64,000 bases of DNA, taken from assembly GCA_021613535.1 (NCBI GenBank), contig CP075492.1, positions 4,526,001-4,590,000 on the forward strand, written 5' to 3'. Of this stretch, positions 10,394-23,253 are shown one piece after another; position 1 is the first letter of the stretch, and every line of letters begins with the position of its first letter. The position numbers and the translations under genes were made by a program. The notes under the pieces are model-generated. The model was not told the origin of the DNA. It ran no database searches and saw nothing but the letters and a program-made list of their open reading frames with translations. This DNA is from Adineta vaga (taxonomy: Eukaryota; Animalia; Rotifera).

Positions 10394-11422
10394 TTAATAT
10401 TGTTCTTCAGCCATAGCAGCATTTGGTACACGTTCAAATTCGATAATAAACAATGGTAAAATTTGTGCGGATTTGAAGAGAACAATTTCTCTATATTCTG
10501 GTGATATATGCGAATCAAAACCAGGTTCACAAGGTTTACCATACTTTTCACCACCTTTTTTAACTACATAAGATCGACCAGATAGAACCATACTTAACAT
10601 AATTTCATTGGATTTCTTGTAATGTTCAGCATAATGAATAGCATAATCAGCAGCAAAACCATGATAAATACCTTTGCCGAAATATCCTGGATCTAGTTGT
10701 TTGATCTTTCCTGCTTCAAGAAAACCATTCTTCGCAATATTTCGTAAACTTGAAGGTAATGAACCATGATAAACATAGAGTACTTGATGATTCTCTTCCA
10801 AATGTGTACGATATTGATTAAATTTTTCAAATAATTCCTTATTTCGAATTATTTTCAGACCACACAAACGAAATTTTACCATACCTGATAGACTATTAAA
10901 GAATTTACTTTCAACATCTCGCCACCAATACGAATCTTCAACAATGTCACAAATCGAAAATGCAATCTGTGATTCGATCATTCCCAATAATTTCAATCTC
11001 AGATGATTTCGTGAAGTTCCATCTGGTGGTATGTAATTTAGAAGTGTTTGTTCGATCTGACATAACTGATGTTAATCACATTGATCTACAAGATTTAACA
11101 TCGTCAGAAGAATATGATACGTCAGAAACGTTGATGCTGAATTTAATAAAATATAGCAGATTACATTCAAATGGAATGGATCTTTTTTAAATTCAATCCA
11201 TTTTACAGCTACCAACTGATAGCCAAATGTCGATGAAAGAAGATAGCGTGATAATGGAAATGTATCAGGAATGGTTGGTAAAAGTTCACCGATTCGGTCT
11301 GCAACTAAATCTTTTTTTCGAACAATTGCCTCCCATGATGGATTCGATCTATCCTGTAAGATACTTTTATACTTCTCGTCGATTTGATCAATTTTCCTTG
11401 CTAAATTTTCAACTTCATCCAT
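10394..11422 (-). CDS. PARP-catalytic-like ADP-ribosyltransferase with helical N-terminus, interrupted by an in-frame TAA (possible pseudogene)
   Basis: YVYHGS, GYFGKGIY, YAIHY, MLSMVLSG, GFDSH, REIVLF, QILPLFII. The two listed ORFs share one frame, separated only by TAA 11074-11072 and 25 sense codons. Confidence 0.8.
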
Positions 11423-12123
11423 TATTATAAATACTGGTAATCCTAAAGCAGAAATTTTTACAATGTAAGAAGAAAAACAGGATTTTTTCTTTGTAAACAA
11501 AAAACCGTATCCATTGGTTACTGTAGTCAACGAGGAGACTCGAATTTATTCGCTGTTATCTTTCTCATAGAAAAGAGATATGCAAAAATAAATTCTTTGC
11601 TTACTCGCTTGCCATCTTGAGGGTGTAGTGTATAAAGTTTGTCTGTCTGTCCATTTCAGTCAGAAATCAGTCTATAGTAAATCAAAGAAAGGTGTCCGTT
11701 GATAATCATGAAAAGACTTAACCAATGGTAAATACACTTGGACTTGAAAATATAAATGAATAACTGTGTGTATGATACTTTATAAACATGATTTCTACAA
11801 GAACGAGCGCTATTTGTTCGTAAAATGAACTTTACATTGATTAGCAGTTAACGCAAGAAGATATTTTTATATTTAACTGTCCGACGAAAAATGTTTTGTT
11901 GATAAGAATGAAATAAATATAATATCTATAGTGACACTTTTATTCTGTTCCACGTGTATATCAATAACAATGAAAAAGAAGAGGTTGCTTTTTCTTCTTA
12001 TCAATGACATCATACCATCTCTATATAGTCAAAGATTTTCTCAGTTACTTCATTTCATTTTTTTTCATTTTCAAAGATAAACATTCTTTTTGTCGTTGTT
12101 TTTGAATCATTCTAGAAAATAAA

Positions 12124-12612
12124 ATGTTTCGTCTAACATGTCTTGGATTATTTGTTACATTATCAATAATAAAAGGAACTTCTGCTGATTGGTGTTACAC
12201 TGGTACTTTCAGTTCATATTATTGTTATCGTAAGTTCAATTGCATATGATTTCATTTTTTTTCTATTTCTATATATTTCTAGCTGGCCAATCTTGTGGAT
12301 CATATTATGGCGATTGTCGTGGTTTACCAACATATGCAATTATTGGCATTGTCTCATCATGTATTGTTCTTTTATCAATCTGTATTCGATGTTGCATACA
12401 TATGAATGCTTCAAATAATCGAGCAGTTCCACGAAGAGTGCCAATGTCTCCACAAAATGTCTCCACAAAATCCCTATCAAGTTCATTCATTTCAAAATAA
12501 TTTTGCCACTGTTGGACCCCAAATGGCTGTTCCTATTCACAATATTCGTGAAGATGCACCTCCACCCTACACAACAATCATATCCGAAACAACATCACAA
12601 GCAAAATATTAA
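12124..12612 (+). CDS. Shisa/CYYR1-like single-pass membrane protein (signal peptide, Cys/Tyr-rich ectodomain, TM, PPxY tail), frameshifted by a 13-bp tandem duplication
   Basis: Exon 12124-12229, intron 12230-12282. WCYTG..YYCYPGQSCGSYYGDC, TM followed by CIRCC. atgtctccacaaa occurs twice at 12444-12469; removing one copy restores ...DAPPPYTT...AKY*. Confidence 0.75.
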
Positions 12613-12773
12613 TTCATCTTATTCCAAACTATTTTCTTATAATAAATTTTTTCTATATTAAATTGTTTTGCTTTAACACGTAAAACGACATCAGATAATG
12701 TAGAAAACTTCGTATTCAATGAGAATCCAAAAGGAAGTACAAACAACTACCATATCTAATCTGCAAAACATAT

Positions 12774-14718
12774 TTATTGTTGTTCTATTATACAACAATT
12801 GTTAACATAACTATATTTACAGATATATTTATCACAAATTATTATCTTGTATTCGACAGATTGTCTATATTTGGTTATAGGTCGAACTAACCATGATTTT
12901 TGTTCACGAATAGTACGTCGAATAAATTCATATCGTTTATTAATTGAATTAAAACGTTGCATAAAATAAGTTTCGAGCCATTCAATTGCAACCTCTGGTG
13001 GAAAAACTTCATTCATTGATTTCATAAATGAATCCATAAAATCTTTCAATGAATAAATCACTGGTGTTAATCTTTCTAAACATTCCTCTCCACGTTTGAC
13101 ATGAATATAATTGTATTTTATATGTAGATCAGTCACATATTTCTTAACAAAGGATTCAACTTCCTCAACTTGATTCCAAAGACGTGACAACAAAATCATT
13201 GATTCATATATATCCGCACCGGGAAATTTACATCTAAACATTCGTCGGAAAAGAAAGACATAATTTCTCATCTATTATATTCAACTAACTTTGGTATTGG
13301 TTTCATCGACAAATGATCTTGAACATTTAAATGAAGTGCTGTTGAACATTCTAATTGTTTTTGTACATAATCTAGTAATTGATCTGGTATGAGATTATCT
13401 TGTGGAAGATTTTGAAATTGTTGATACCATGCAGAGATTGAAAAGAGCATGGATGGAATTGAATAAGGTAATAATTCACATAATGAAAGAAAATGATCAT
13501 AACGTGACCAACCAGTTAGAATTACTCCATTGAAATTCTTCCATTTCGTTGGAAGAGATATTTGTAATTGTTTTATCCAAGATATTTGATCTAAATATAA
13601 AGAATAAGAGTAATGAACAATAGGAGAAGAGTTTTATCGATTGTTGTTACTTTCATAATAATGTTTGACATCACTGATCGTTGCAGTTTCATGAGTCGCT
13701 CCTTTAAACGCAGTTGCACCCCAAAGAATTTGATATTGTCCGAAAAGATCAGCTTGAGAACCACTAACAAATCCTTCAACTTGAATATCTTCACGATAGG
13801 ACCAAAGAACAGGATTAATTAAATTGATTAAGTCATATTTTTGTAAAATTTGTAAATTTAAATTTTGTAAAACATCATGCCAAATGAAAAGAACAATGTT
13901 TGGAGATTGTTGTTTGATATACTTCACAATTTTATTTAAATGATACGCAAATAAATCATATTGAGTTTGAATACCTGTCAAACGTTGAAATTCTTGACAA
14001 GCAGGATTTGTTAGAAAATAGTAAACTTCATCATGACCAATATGTAAATAATGTATATTTGGATGAAGTTCTAAATATTGATCAATCATTGAATAAAGTA
14101 TCGTATATGTTTTATTTATACATGGTGTTATCACTTGAGGATATTTGATATCTTCACGTAAATCACGAAATTCATCGAGTTTTAATAAAAATTCCAAATG
14201 ACCTAAATATTTTAGCGTATATTCGCAAAGACATTTCGAAACTTACCGTAAGTTTGTAATAATGGCATGACATCTAATTGATTTTGTTTTGCTAATTGAT
14301 TGATTCGTTTAATCTCATATTTTGTGTAGGCTTGTTTATGTTTAATTGAACTAACAATTCCATCGAATGGAAACATATCTTCATATTCCATACAGATTCC
14401 TTTGACACCCCATTGATGTAATAAGGGAAATAACTTTTCGAAATAGGAACTTTTTGGTGCAGCTCCTTTCAAATCAAAATGAACATATAAAGCTAATGGA
14501 TGATTACCAATTTGAATTGAATTCGTATGGAGTTCATCGAAACTTAGAGACTCATCGAGAATTTCTGAATTAGATTGCTTTTTATTTTCATGTCGATATT
14601 TGTGGTAATGATGATGATCATTTCGTATGAAATATTTTGTAAATAACGATACAAAAAATACAGATGATAGAATCGAAATAAGAACTAAACAAAGACTTAA
14701 ACGACGAAAAAACAACAT
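12774..14718 (-). CDS. HEXD: Hexosaminidase D-like (GH20) type II membrane glycosidase
   Basis: [41 protein letters not shown] (catalytic DE), [25 protein letters not shown]. Introns at ~14246-14203, 13650-13591 and ~13289-13234. Confidence 0.9.
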
Positions 14719-15545
14719 ATAAAATACTTTCTAAAACGAAACCAATATGACGAAGAGAATTTAAAATAGAAACTTCATTTATTCCATTTGTCTACTCTCA
14801 ATCGGTCAAAAGTCAATACTTACAAAAGAATGTTATAATAGCCTAAACATATATTAGAAGAAGAAATAGGCACTAAAAAAATGCCTCTCACTCGATCATT
14901 TCTTTACCTATCCCCCGATATATGCATGTATACACCTGAGTATTGTCCGGTAGTAAAATGCGACGAATTCTTTCTTTCTTTCTTTCTTTCTCTCTCTCTC
15001 TCTTTCTCTCTTTTCATTCGAATCGAAGAAAAGAACTCCACGCAATGATGATGCCTTTCATAAGTATATCAATTTACTGAATAACAACAAATATTTTTCG
15101 TTCTTACTGATGAATACACATGTCTCTCAAGTGTATCATTTGTTATGCTATAAGAAGACACTTATCGACAAACAAACTGATGACTTTCAAATGAATGACA
15201 TATCACATAGTTTACTTTTTGATTCGAGACAAATGAATTCATACATTTTATCACTATAATTCACATATTATGAGGAAACTTATTTTGGTTATACGAGTAT
15301 CTAATGATCATTAATATATGAACTATTGAATAATTAATATAGCATGTCACATACATAGAATACATTCGTCTTCTTTATTTATAACGACAACTATAGTATA
15401 GGACGCGAGATGTTATCGAATTAATAAGGAGAAAACAAGATATTTTGGTGGTTAAAGAATTCGATTCATGGTTGTTTTTTCGACTATATATATGGTTGAT
15501 TTTTCGTTAGAATAGTCCTCTTTTTTACTAACGTAAATTTCAAGA

Positions 15546-17228
15546 ATGATGTTATTTTCAATCATTCTTGCTTTTTCTTCAATTTTATTTGGATTCGCAA
15601 GTGAAGATGTATCAAATACATTGAATATTCTCATGCCAGATGTTGTTGCTAATCATGTATGTTGAAAATTTCATCTTGTGACATCAATTTCAAATCGTCT
15701 TATTAGGTTGATGATTATCTATGTACATCAGTTGAAATGAATCATGATAAACCAACTTATATCAGTAAGAAATGTTTGATAAGAAGAAGAAAAAAGAAAT
15801 TGAATTTGGATATTTTAGCGGCATTTAATCCATCAGCTAATTCAACAGATGCTCATCATATTTTACTCTATGGATGTATGGAACCAGGAAGTCAAAAGAA
15901 AGTTTGGTAGGAAACGAATTTGAAGTTCAATTTCGAGAAGAAATTTTTCAATATGTGTACAGGAATTGTGGTGAAATGTCTAGAACAAATGAGCCATCTT
16001 CGAATAACTATGAAACAGGACCAACATGTGCTTCTGGTTCAACGATTATTTATGCTTGGGCAATGGATGCTGATAAAACTGAATTGCCTAAAGGTAAAAT
16101 TTTGTTATCAAATCTTATCAGTGGAATGTTTTATTTTTCATATAGATGTTGCTTTTAAAATTGGTGGATCAACATCAATTAAATATCTTGTCTTACAAGT
16201 TCATTATGCTAGAATCGATAAATTCAAAGGTGAGTCGTTTATAAAGAAAAACTGATTCTTAATATCTTTTTCTTTAGCTGGTGAAACGGATCGTTCTGGT
16301 TTAGTTTTAACAACAACACCAAATGCGTGAGTGAATCTTTCTCTTCATAGTCTTTTCGTAATCTCTTGCTTATTTTATGTTTTTCAGTACATCTAAACGT
16401 GCTGGTGTCTTTTTACTTGGCACCGGTGGTCGAATACGACCGAATTCTGAAGGTAAAATACATGCGAAAAAGAAAGATAATGTATTGTTGTTTGATTTTG
16501 TAGAAGTCTTTCAAGTTGCTTGTGAAATTCGACAAGATATCGAAATGCATCCATTTGCTTTTCGAACTCATGCTCATAAATTAGGTATGAATAAATTTGT
16601 TTATTTTTAGAATTGATGAATTAGTTTTGCAAAAAAATAGGTTTGGTTAATTCGGGTTATCGTGTTCGTGGTGAAAATGATGAACAAATATGGACTGAAA
16701 TCGGTCGACGTTCACCACAATTACCACAAATGTTTTATCCAGTTTCAAGTAATATAACTATTAAACAACATGATTACATAGCAGCAATGTGTACAATGTT
16801 CAATACAAGATCACATCTTGTCAAAGTTGGGTAAGGTTAACAAAACTGATGATGATTTTCTACTTTTCGAGTTTTATTAGTCCAACTGGTGACGATGAAA
16901 TGTGTAATTTTTATATTATGTATTGGGTTGATGGAGAACAATTATTAGATAATCCGATCTGTCAAAGTGATGGTCCACAGAATTATTATTTTCGACATGA
17001 TCCAGTAAGTGATCTTTTCCTTTTTTTTACTAAAAAGAAAGACATTTTCTTTTATAGTATTTGAATGTCGAAAAAATTCCTGATGCAGCATTTCGTATTC
17101 CTTCACCACCGAATGGTCCAGCTGCTGATGAACCGGTAAAAAGTGAACATCGAATGATGATACAACCGAAAGAAAATCTACAAAGACGTCAATTTCGTTA
17201 TCGATATACTGACAATCAAAATAAATGA
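15546..17228 (+). CDS. PHM: Monofunctional peptidylglycine alpha-hydroxylating monooxygenase (copper), about 12 exons
   Basis: Signal peptide. Cu ligands AHHILLYGC, LQVHY, FRTHAH, DEMCNFYIMY; also WNCGEM, IYAWAMDA, RSPQLPQMFYPV. Stop follows the PHM domain, with no PAL domain. Confidence 0.93.
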
Positions 17229-17359
17229 AGATAATATAATTTAACTTTTCATTCTCTTGTCCAAAAACAGATATTTTTTTGTCAAACGATAAGATTTTTA
17301 TTAATAAACAGTGCAATAATAAATTTCAAGTCGATAAAAACGATTGATGAAAGATTCTC

Positions 17360-18838
17360 TTAATCTTCATCATCATCAGGATCATCTTCTGCGATTTCAT
17401 TTAAGTTTTCATAATTCTGTCTTTGTTTATAATAAACATGGGATAGAACTATTCCTTCAACTGGATCATCAGCTCGAATTTTTCGAAGACAACGACCAAC
17501 AAATTGTGCAAATAATACCTAAACAATAAATGAATTTTTATTTATAGTGAAAATATTTCCAATTCAATGAATACAAACCTTTGATGTCGGTTGAACATTC
17601 CGTGCAATAACACATAAGCTTACTTGTTTTCGATCATATCCTTCAAGAAGTTTACCACACACAACCAAAATACGAATTTGTTCTGAAAAACAAGTTCAGT
17701 AAGGAGTTCCGTTCAGCTTCAAATACTATTTCATACCATTTTCAAATTGTTGAAGTACAGAATTCGAATTCTTTGTATCACCTGTATATGATGCTGCAAT
17801 ATTTCGATTGACTTTATTGTTGATTTCCGTTGCAAATCGTTTTGTTTCATTTTTCTCTTTCATTAAAATCATTGCCTGATGATGAACATTTCGATCACAT
17901 TCATCATGTTCATTTAATATTCGAAGAATTTCTTCAATTAATATCTAATTAAAGAAAAATCAGGGATTTATATTAATTTTAAAATTTCCATTACATGTCT
18001 TCGTTCAGGTCCTGAATCCTCTTCTCGTCCGATTTCATGAAATTTTGTTCGACGAATAGTTCCATTATTCATCAATGTATTCAAATTGATCTGGAAACAA
18101 ATTCTTCCATCTTGTTCATTTAATATCGGTTGTCCATTTCGAAATGGTGTGGCAGTAAGAAAAATTGTTTTACAATTGAAATATGATACAATATTATTCC
18201 ATGTCGGAGCGGGAAAATGATGTGCTTCATCAACAATTAAAAGATTGAAACTTTTACGATTTAAATTTTTCCAATCAACACTCGAATTTGTACCAAATTT
18301 TTGTGCATTAACGATAACTAAATTCTCAGCAAGATCTTCAATATCTCGTCCTTGAGTGACTATTCGAGATGCTTCAACAAACATACTTGCTGCATCTTCC
18401 GTAACAATTTGATGTTTAACATAGAAACTTCGTTTTGGCTTTTGTCTAAAACAAAAGAAGTTCATAAATAAAATCCATCTTTTGAGAAACTATCTTATAC
18501 CCAAAATCAGCTGCTAGTTGATTCGTAATTTGTAATGATGGAGTAATAACCAATACACGAGTTGTATTCAAAATATACGGAGCAAGAACAGCTATACCGG
18601 ACTTTCCACCACCAGTTGGAATAACAACTAAACCTATACGATAATTTTCTTGACTATACCAAGATTGCAATTGTAACAGCGCTTCGCGTTGATGAGGATA
18701 GAGCTTAAATAATTCCAATCTTTCAATAATACGCGAAGAATACGTGTTGAATCGTGATGTTTTCTCCTGAAAAGAATCAAGCAATTTTAAGTATATAGAT
18801 GAAATTGAGCATACCACATCTTTTAGATCGAGAGTCAT
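17360..18838 (-). CDS. Superfamily-2 DEAH helicase of ResIII/Irc3-like (bacterial-type) character, with spliceosomal introns; 5' end uncertain
   Basis: LYPHQREAL (Q motif), PTGGGKS (I), LVITPS (Ia), IVDEAHH (II), LTATP (III), ILVVCGKLLEGYD (V), QFVGRCLR (VI); acidic tail; at least four introns that splice in frame. Confidence 0.85.
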
Positions 18839-19103
18839 TCTCTATGACAAACAACTTATATGTGTTGAATGTAAAATATAACATCATACCTATGTAGATT
18901 ACCTTGCATAAGAGAAAAAAACCCAGAAAGGAGAAGAAGAAAAAACAATAAAATTTGATTGTTCTTTTAGGTGTTTAAAAAATCGAAAGATGTCGTAAAT
19001 AAACTGAAAATGAGTCAATCTTCCAGTTCCTTTTTTTTACGCATGAGAATAAAAAGAAAGTTTTACATTTGAATACTTGTACATATATATTTGAAATTCT
19101 TTT

Positions 19104-20462
19104 TTAATGTAAAAAAACGGAATGATCTTGTTGAAATTCATGATTTAAATCAAAATCATTCGCTAATACACTTAGACAACTTAAACTTAAATGTGCATGT
19201 TTTGTTATATAAGTGTACCAATAAGATGATAAATTAGGTAAAACAGCATCGGGTTTTGTTTGTTCAAATTGTGTTTCATTCGTTTCTTCCGAATGGAAAA
19301 TCATGGAATCCATTGGTGAAGTAAAAAAACTTGAAAAATATTTTGATGGATTTCCTTTGGTATATAATTCATTCTTTGTTGCTAATTGATGAGTACTTGT
19401 ATGAATAACAGTCGGTAAGACATCGAATTCTAATTCTTCAATAACAACTCCAGCTAACCAATTTGTATGACGTTTCAATGCATTGATATCTGATTTAATA
19501 TGATCACCAAAATAGATCACAATACTTTCTTTGCCACTTATTTGATTCATAATGATTTGTAAATCATCACTATTTCCCCATGAATAGATGTAATTCTTCT
19601 GGAAATTCTTGATTATTTCATCATTTGTTACCGGAATGAGATTGTTATCGTCGGTTATTCGATGAAATATTCGTTTTGTTGAATTCGAAAAGAACGAAGG
19701 TTTTTTACAATCAACAATAATCATATCGAATAAATTTTGCCAATCTTCACCGAATGCATAACTTGTTAGTAGATTTGTATAATCCAATCGTGAATTTGTT
19801 GCTAGAAATAGTCTTTTCTTATTTTCACGTAATTTTTCTAACCATTGTCGTACATCGGATCGTTGATAAATGAATTTTTCCGGATTTTTTTCTATTGATG
19901 AAAAATAATTTCCACGATTGAAATCATTAAATAAATAATCGAAGCCATTGAAAAGATCTGATAAGAAGAAATTATATTTTTTCTCATTATCAATGTTCTT
20001 ATTCGACGACTTTTCATATACATTGTTTTCATCAATTAAATCGACAAGATTCGCAATTATATATGAAATACTATGTTCAAAATATGTAAAGATACATAAA
20101 AATCGTTTGCTTGTATCTTCTTCAATGTCTTCTAATGCATGCGGATAGATTTCTTGAATATCTTTTGATGATAAACGTTTTTGAACACCATGCAATGCCG
20201 TATGAACTACTCCCTTCGAATTTAATTGAATTAAATTTCCATATAGACTATCGTAAATTAAACCTTTAACACCAAAATAATCATCGTAAGGTATTTCAAG
20301 TAGATGGGAATTATATTGATGAAAGTCAATCAAATATTGACACATGGATTGATAAATTAATGTATGAAGTTCAAATAAACGATAACGAATTAGAGTATGA
20401 TCTAAATCAAATCCAATCCAATCGCATGATGATAATGAAAATGTGTTCATTGATGAAGTCAT
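19104..20462 (-). CDS. NT5DC1: 5'-nucleotidase domain-containing protein 1-like (HAD superfamily), single exon
   Basis: IGFDLDHTLIRY (DxDxT), FLATNS, DCKKPSFF, YFGDHIKSDI, W-x-A-x-VIEEL. Confidence 0.88.
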   Translation of the reverse strand: MTSSMNTFSLSSCDWIGFDLDHTLIRYRLFELHTLIYQSMCQYLIDFHQYNSHLLEIPYDDYFGVKGLIYDSLYGNLIQLNSKGVVHTALHGVQKRLSSKDIQEIYPHALEDIEEDTSKRFLCIFTYFEHSISYIIANLVDLIDENNVYEKSSNKNIDNEKKYNFFLSDLFNGFDYLFNDFNRGNYFSSIEKNPEKFIYQRSDVRQWLEKLRENKKRLFLATNSRLDYTNLLTSYAFGEDWQNLFDMIIVDCKKPSFFSNSTKRIFHRITDDNNLIPVTNDEIIKNFQKNYIYSWGNSDDLQIIMNQISGKESIVIYFGDHIKSDINALKRHTNWLAGVVIEELEFDVLPTVIHTSTHQLATKNELYTKGNPSKYFSSFFTSPMDSMIFHSEETNETQFEQTKPDAVLPNLSSYWYTYITKHAHLSLSCLSVLANDFDLNHEFQQDHSVFLH

Positions 20463-20773
20463 TTCTTTCTAAAAGAAAGTAAAACAAAAAAAGATCGAGC
20501 TAAAGTTTTTTATCTTTTTCAATATATTTACATAGAAGAAAAACGATATCATGCTATGAGATACATGTCATCGAAAGAGATTCACTTTGTATAGTCTTAT
20601 CATTTTCAATAAAATATGTTTTTCAGTAGATGTCAGTCTATTCATATATGACTTTACATAGTGATAAATATTTTACATCAGAAGTTGTAACGATTAGTAA
20701 AGAAATGCGATATGTATTGCAGATCAGATGACATATGAGACGAACATGAATTCGTCTCTGTGTTTCATAACAG

Positions 20774-21055
20774 TTGAGAGCTTTATCGAAGATACTCGGC
20801 ATCGTTTTCGCTAATAATGCCTATAATAGCCTTAGTATTTTTCATGGACATAGTGGCAATGATATTTTTAGAAATCGAACGTCTTTTTCAACAGAGTACA
20901 TCTCTGATCTTCGCTGCATAGGTGATGGTAATCATCCAAATGGAGAAGGTGCATTCTTAGGATATATTACACATCTATCCTCTGTTATTTTCAGTGATTT
21001 CAATAATGACGAGAAGCTAGCATCAACTGCGATCAACGACAGAACTGACAGTTGA
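20774..21055 (+). pseudogene. Degenerate FG-GAP/VCBS repeat fragment
   Basis: LGIVFANNAYNSLSIFHGHSGNDIFRNRTSFST and SSVIFSDFNNDEKL resemble the DIVVAN...IFLGxGNGTF / GDFNNDxxLD repeat. No ATG start and no continuation. Confidence 0.5.
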
Positions 21056-23253
21056 AGTAAATATTTACAGACTTGATAATTTGACATGCACCACCTAGAT
21101 ATTTAATAGAAATATCTCTGTTAGTTTTCTAATTCATTATTTTGACAAAATCTTATTTTATATATCTAATCGAGAAAAGTGTGTCCGTAGAATAGTCTTT
21201 TATAGTGAAATAGATGTACTAATAGTTTTTTAAATAAATATTTCTTTATCGTTGTTCAACAATTACCAAAACTTGAGAAGCAACTCAAACTTTTTTCTCA
21301 ATATTACATTTGCGAAAGATCTTCGACTCATTCAAGTGACTGCTATCTGAATAGTAAACTCAGAGTTTCAATCCTATCATCTCAAGGATTCGTATATTGA
21401 TTCGTTTCACTACTCATAATACCAACACTTTTGTTCTTGATGACTTGTCGACAACAATAAATACGATACAAATCATTTTGTACAATTTACAGTCAATTTC
21501 ATCTATACACGAATGCAGAAAGATTCATTTTCTTCTCTTGTATACACTATCGATAAGATGTATAAGAACGTCAAAATACTTTGAGAAAGATTTTCATATT
21601 AGTAAAAACTATTGACGACATATTTTGTGATGACACAAAGAAGAGAACGATGACAAACATACTAAGTACGATTATTAAGAGTTAGTCGATAATAGAAATT
21701 GATATGTTGCTGTTAGATTTTTTCGTACAAATAAATTTTAGAAATTTTGTTTAATATATATTCACACATTTCCTTTCTGAAACTTGCTAGAGGTTAAAAT
21801 TTTTCTTTAATATAATTTCTACTTAATTACTTGTTGATGGCAAATATAGAACTATCATGAGTATGTCATAAAACTGCTGAAGGATTATTTAATATTAAAG
21901 TACAAATTTTTCCTGACATGTATAAATCACTTCAAGTACCTACTGAGGTTATATGGGAAAAAAACGAATGCATTCAAACCATTCAGTTTCATTATGATGA
22001 AGTAGTTTATTACTCTTGTTAACAGTGTTTGTTTTTACAAGGATACTATTGATGCAATACATGTATCAGAAGTAACACAACATCTATATAAATCGATTAT
22101 AACATTGGCAACTCAATATAATCTTCTTTTCACATTAAAGTATTTTTAGTAGACGACTAACATAATTATCATTTTTATGAAATTTTCGCAAATCTTCTTA
22201 GTATTCTAATTTTCACGTTGTTTTTTTGTTATGCATTATGGAATTAACTAAAAATCTTATTCGATTGTTATACTGAATGATTTTAGAAATGATATATTTT
22301 ACGAAAGATTTTAATTGTTCTCTTTCAAATCCGACCTAACTCAATTCCTATTTCGATTTTTTACTATGTAGTTCTCGAGTATTTATTCGATAGATAAATT
22401 GCCTTTATATTACATTACTAATCTTGTTATAAAATTTAATCTGATGCTATGAATAGATATTATTTAAACATTGAGCTACTAATCTAATCGTATCATATAC
22501 AACGAAAGAGTAAATTCTTATTTAATTGATTATCATGTAAAACGTCTAAAAATAAATGGTCGAGATATTGATCAAAATATACTGTTTGAAATGGCTGAAA
22601 TTTGTGGTGCGCGTGTGAAGAAAAAACAATAAAATTCATGCATATTTCATTGGTATTTACATAGTTCAATAAAATCGAGGCTCAAAAGATGAAGAATTGT
22701 ACTTTTATAGATAAAAGGCTAAATTAATTAGACACAAATGTTAGTTGTTTGATGTGTTGTTAATTACGTTTCCTTTTTTATGTTGCATTCTTAATATCAG
22801 TCTTTTCTTACTTAATCTTGCATAAATGAATACACCATTGGCAATTTCCTTTCTCGGTTATTTAGTACTCTCGAAATTGAACTCGAAGAAACTTACATGC
22901 CGTTTGGATCGTGTAAATCAACTATACAAAACTATTATCAGTGCAAATGAGAATATTGTTTCCGTTAAATGAACAAGGGTGGTTTTTTGAGATTCATATT
23001 TCAAGAAATAATCTTGTTCTTTTCATCCACAATCTACTATACTTTACAAAGAGAAATATCTGTCGAAGAAATAATATTATCATTATGTACCTGAAAATGT
23101 TTACACAAAAAAAAATAGATAGAATGACTGAGCAGTCTACGAGAAAAATAACTTTCTTCATTTAAAATTTTAATGAGATAATTTCTTTTTCTATCTCGAA
23201 GCAAAGAAAAAAGAAGTGCAGAAGCGCAAAGCAGACATTTCATTTGATCTACC

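Noticed and set aside
6659-11074. Several in-frame TAA codons suggesting a ciliate-like reassignment of TAA
   Set aside because: Conserved genes here (NEDD8, GOLGA7, the helicase, the PTP) end at TAA, and long intact genes contain no internal TAA. The DED copy 1 lesion also needs a frameshift.
9912-17228. Functional link between PHM (amidation) and the defensin-like modules
   Set aside because: The protein ends CICS with no C-terminal Gly or Gly-dibasic amidation signal, so proximity is probably coincidental.
3806-18838. Bacterial contamination or operon explanation for dmpA and the helicase
   Set aside because: The helicase has spliceosomal introns, and both genes share host-like composition and lie between intron-containing animal genes.
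21900-22130. Possible PIF/Harbinger transposase relic (DTIDAIHV resembling GAIDGTH)
   Set aside because: The match is too short, with no extended frame or TIRs.
22490-22632. Short protein-like frame RIIYNERV...EMAEICGARVKKKQ
   Set aside because: No start, splice support or recognisable motif.
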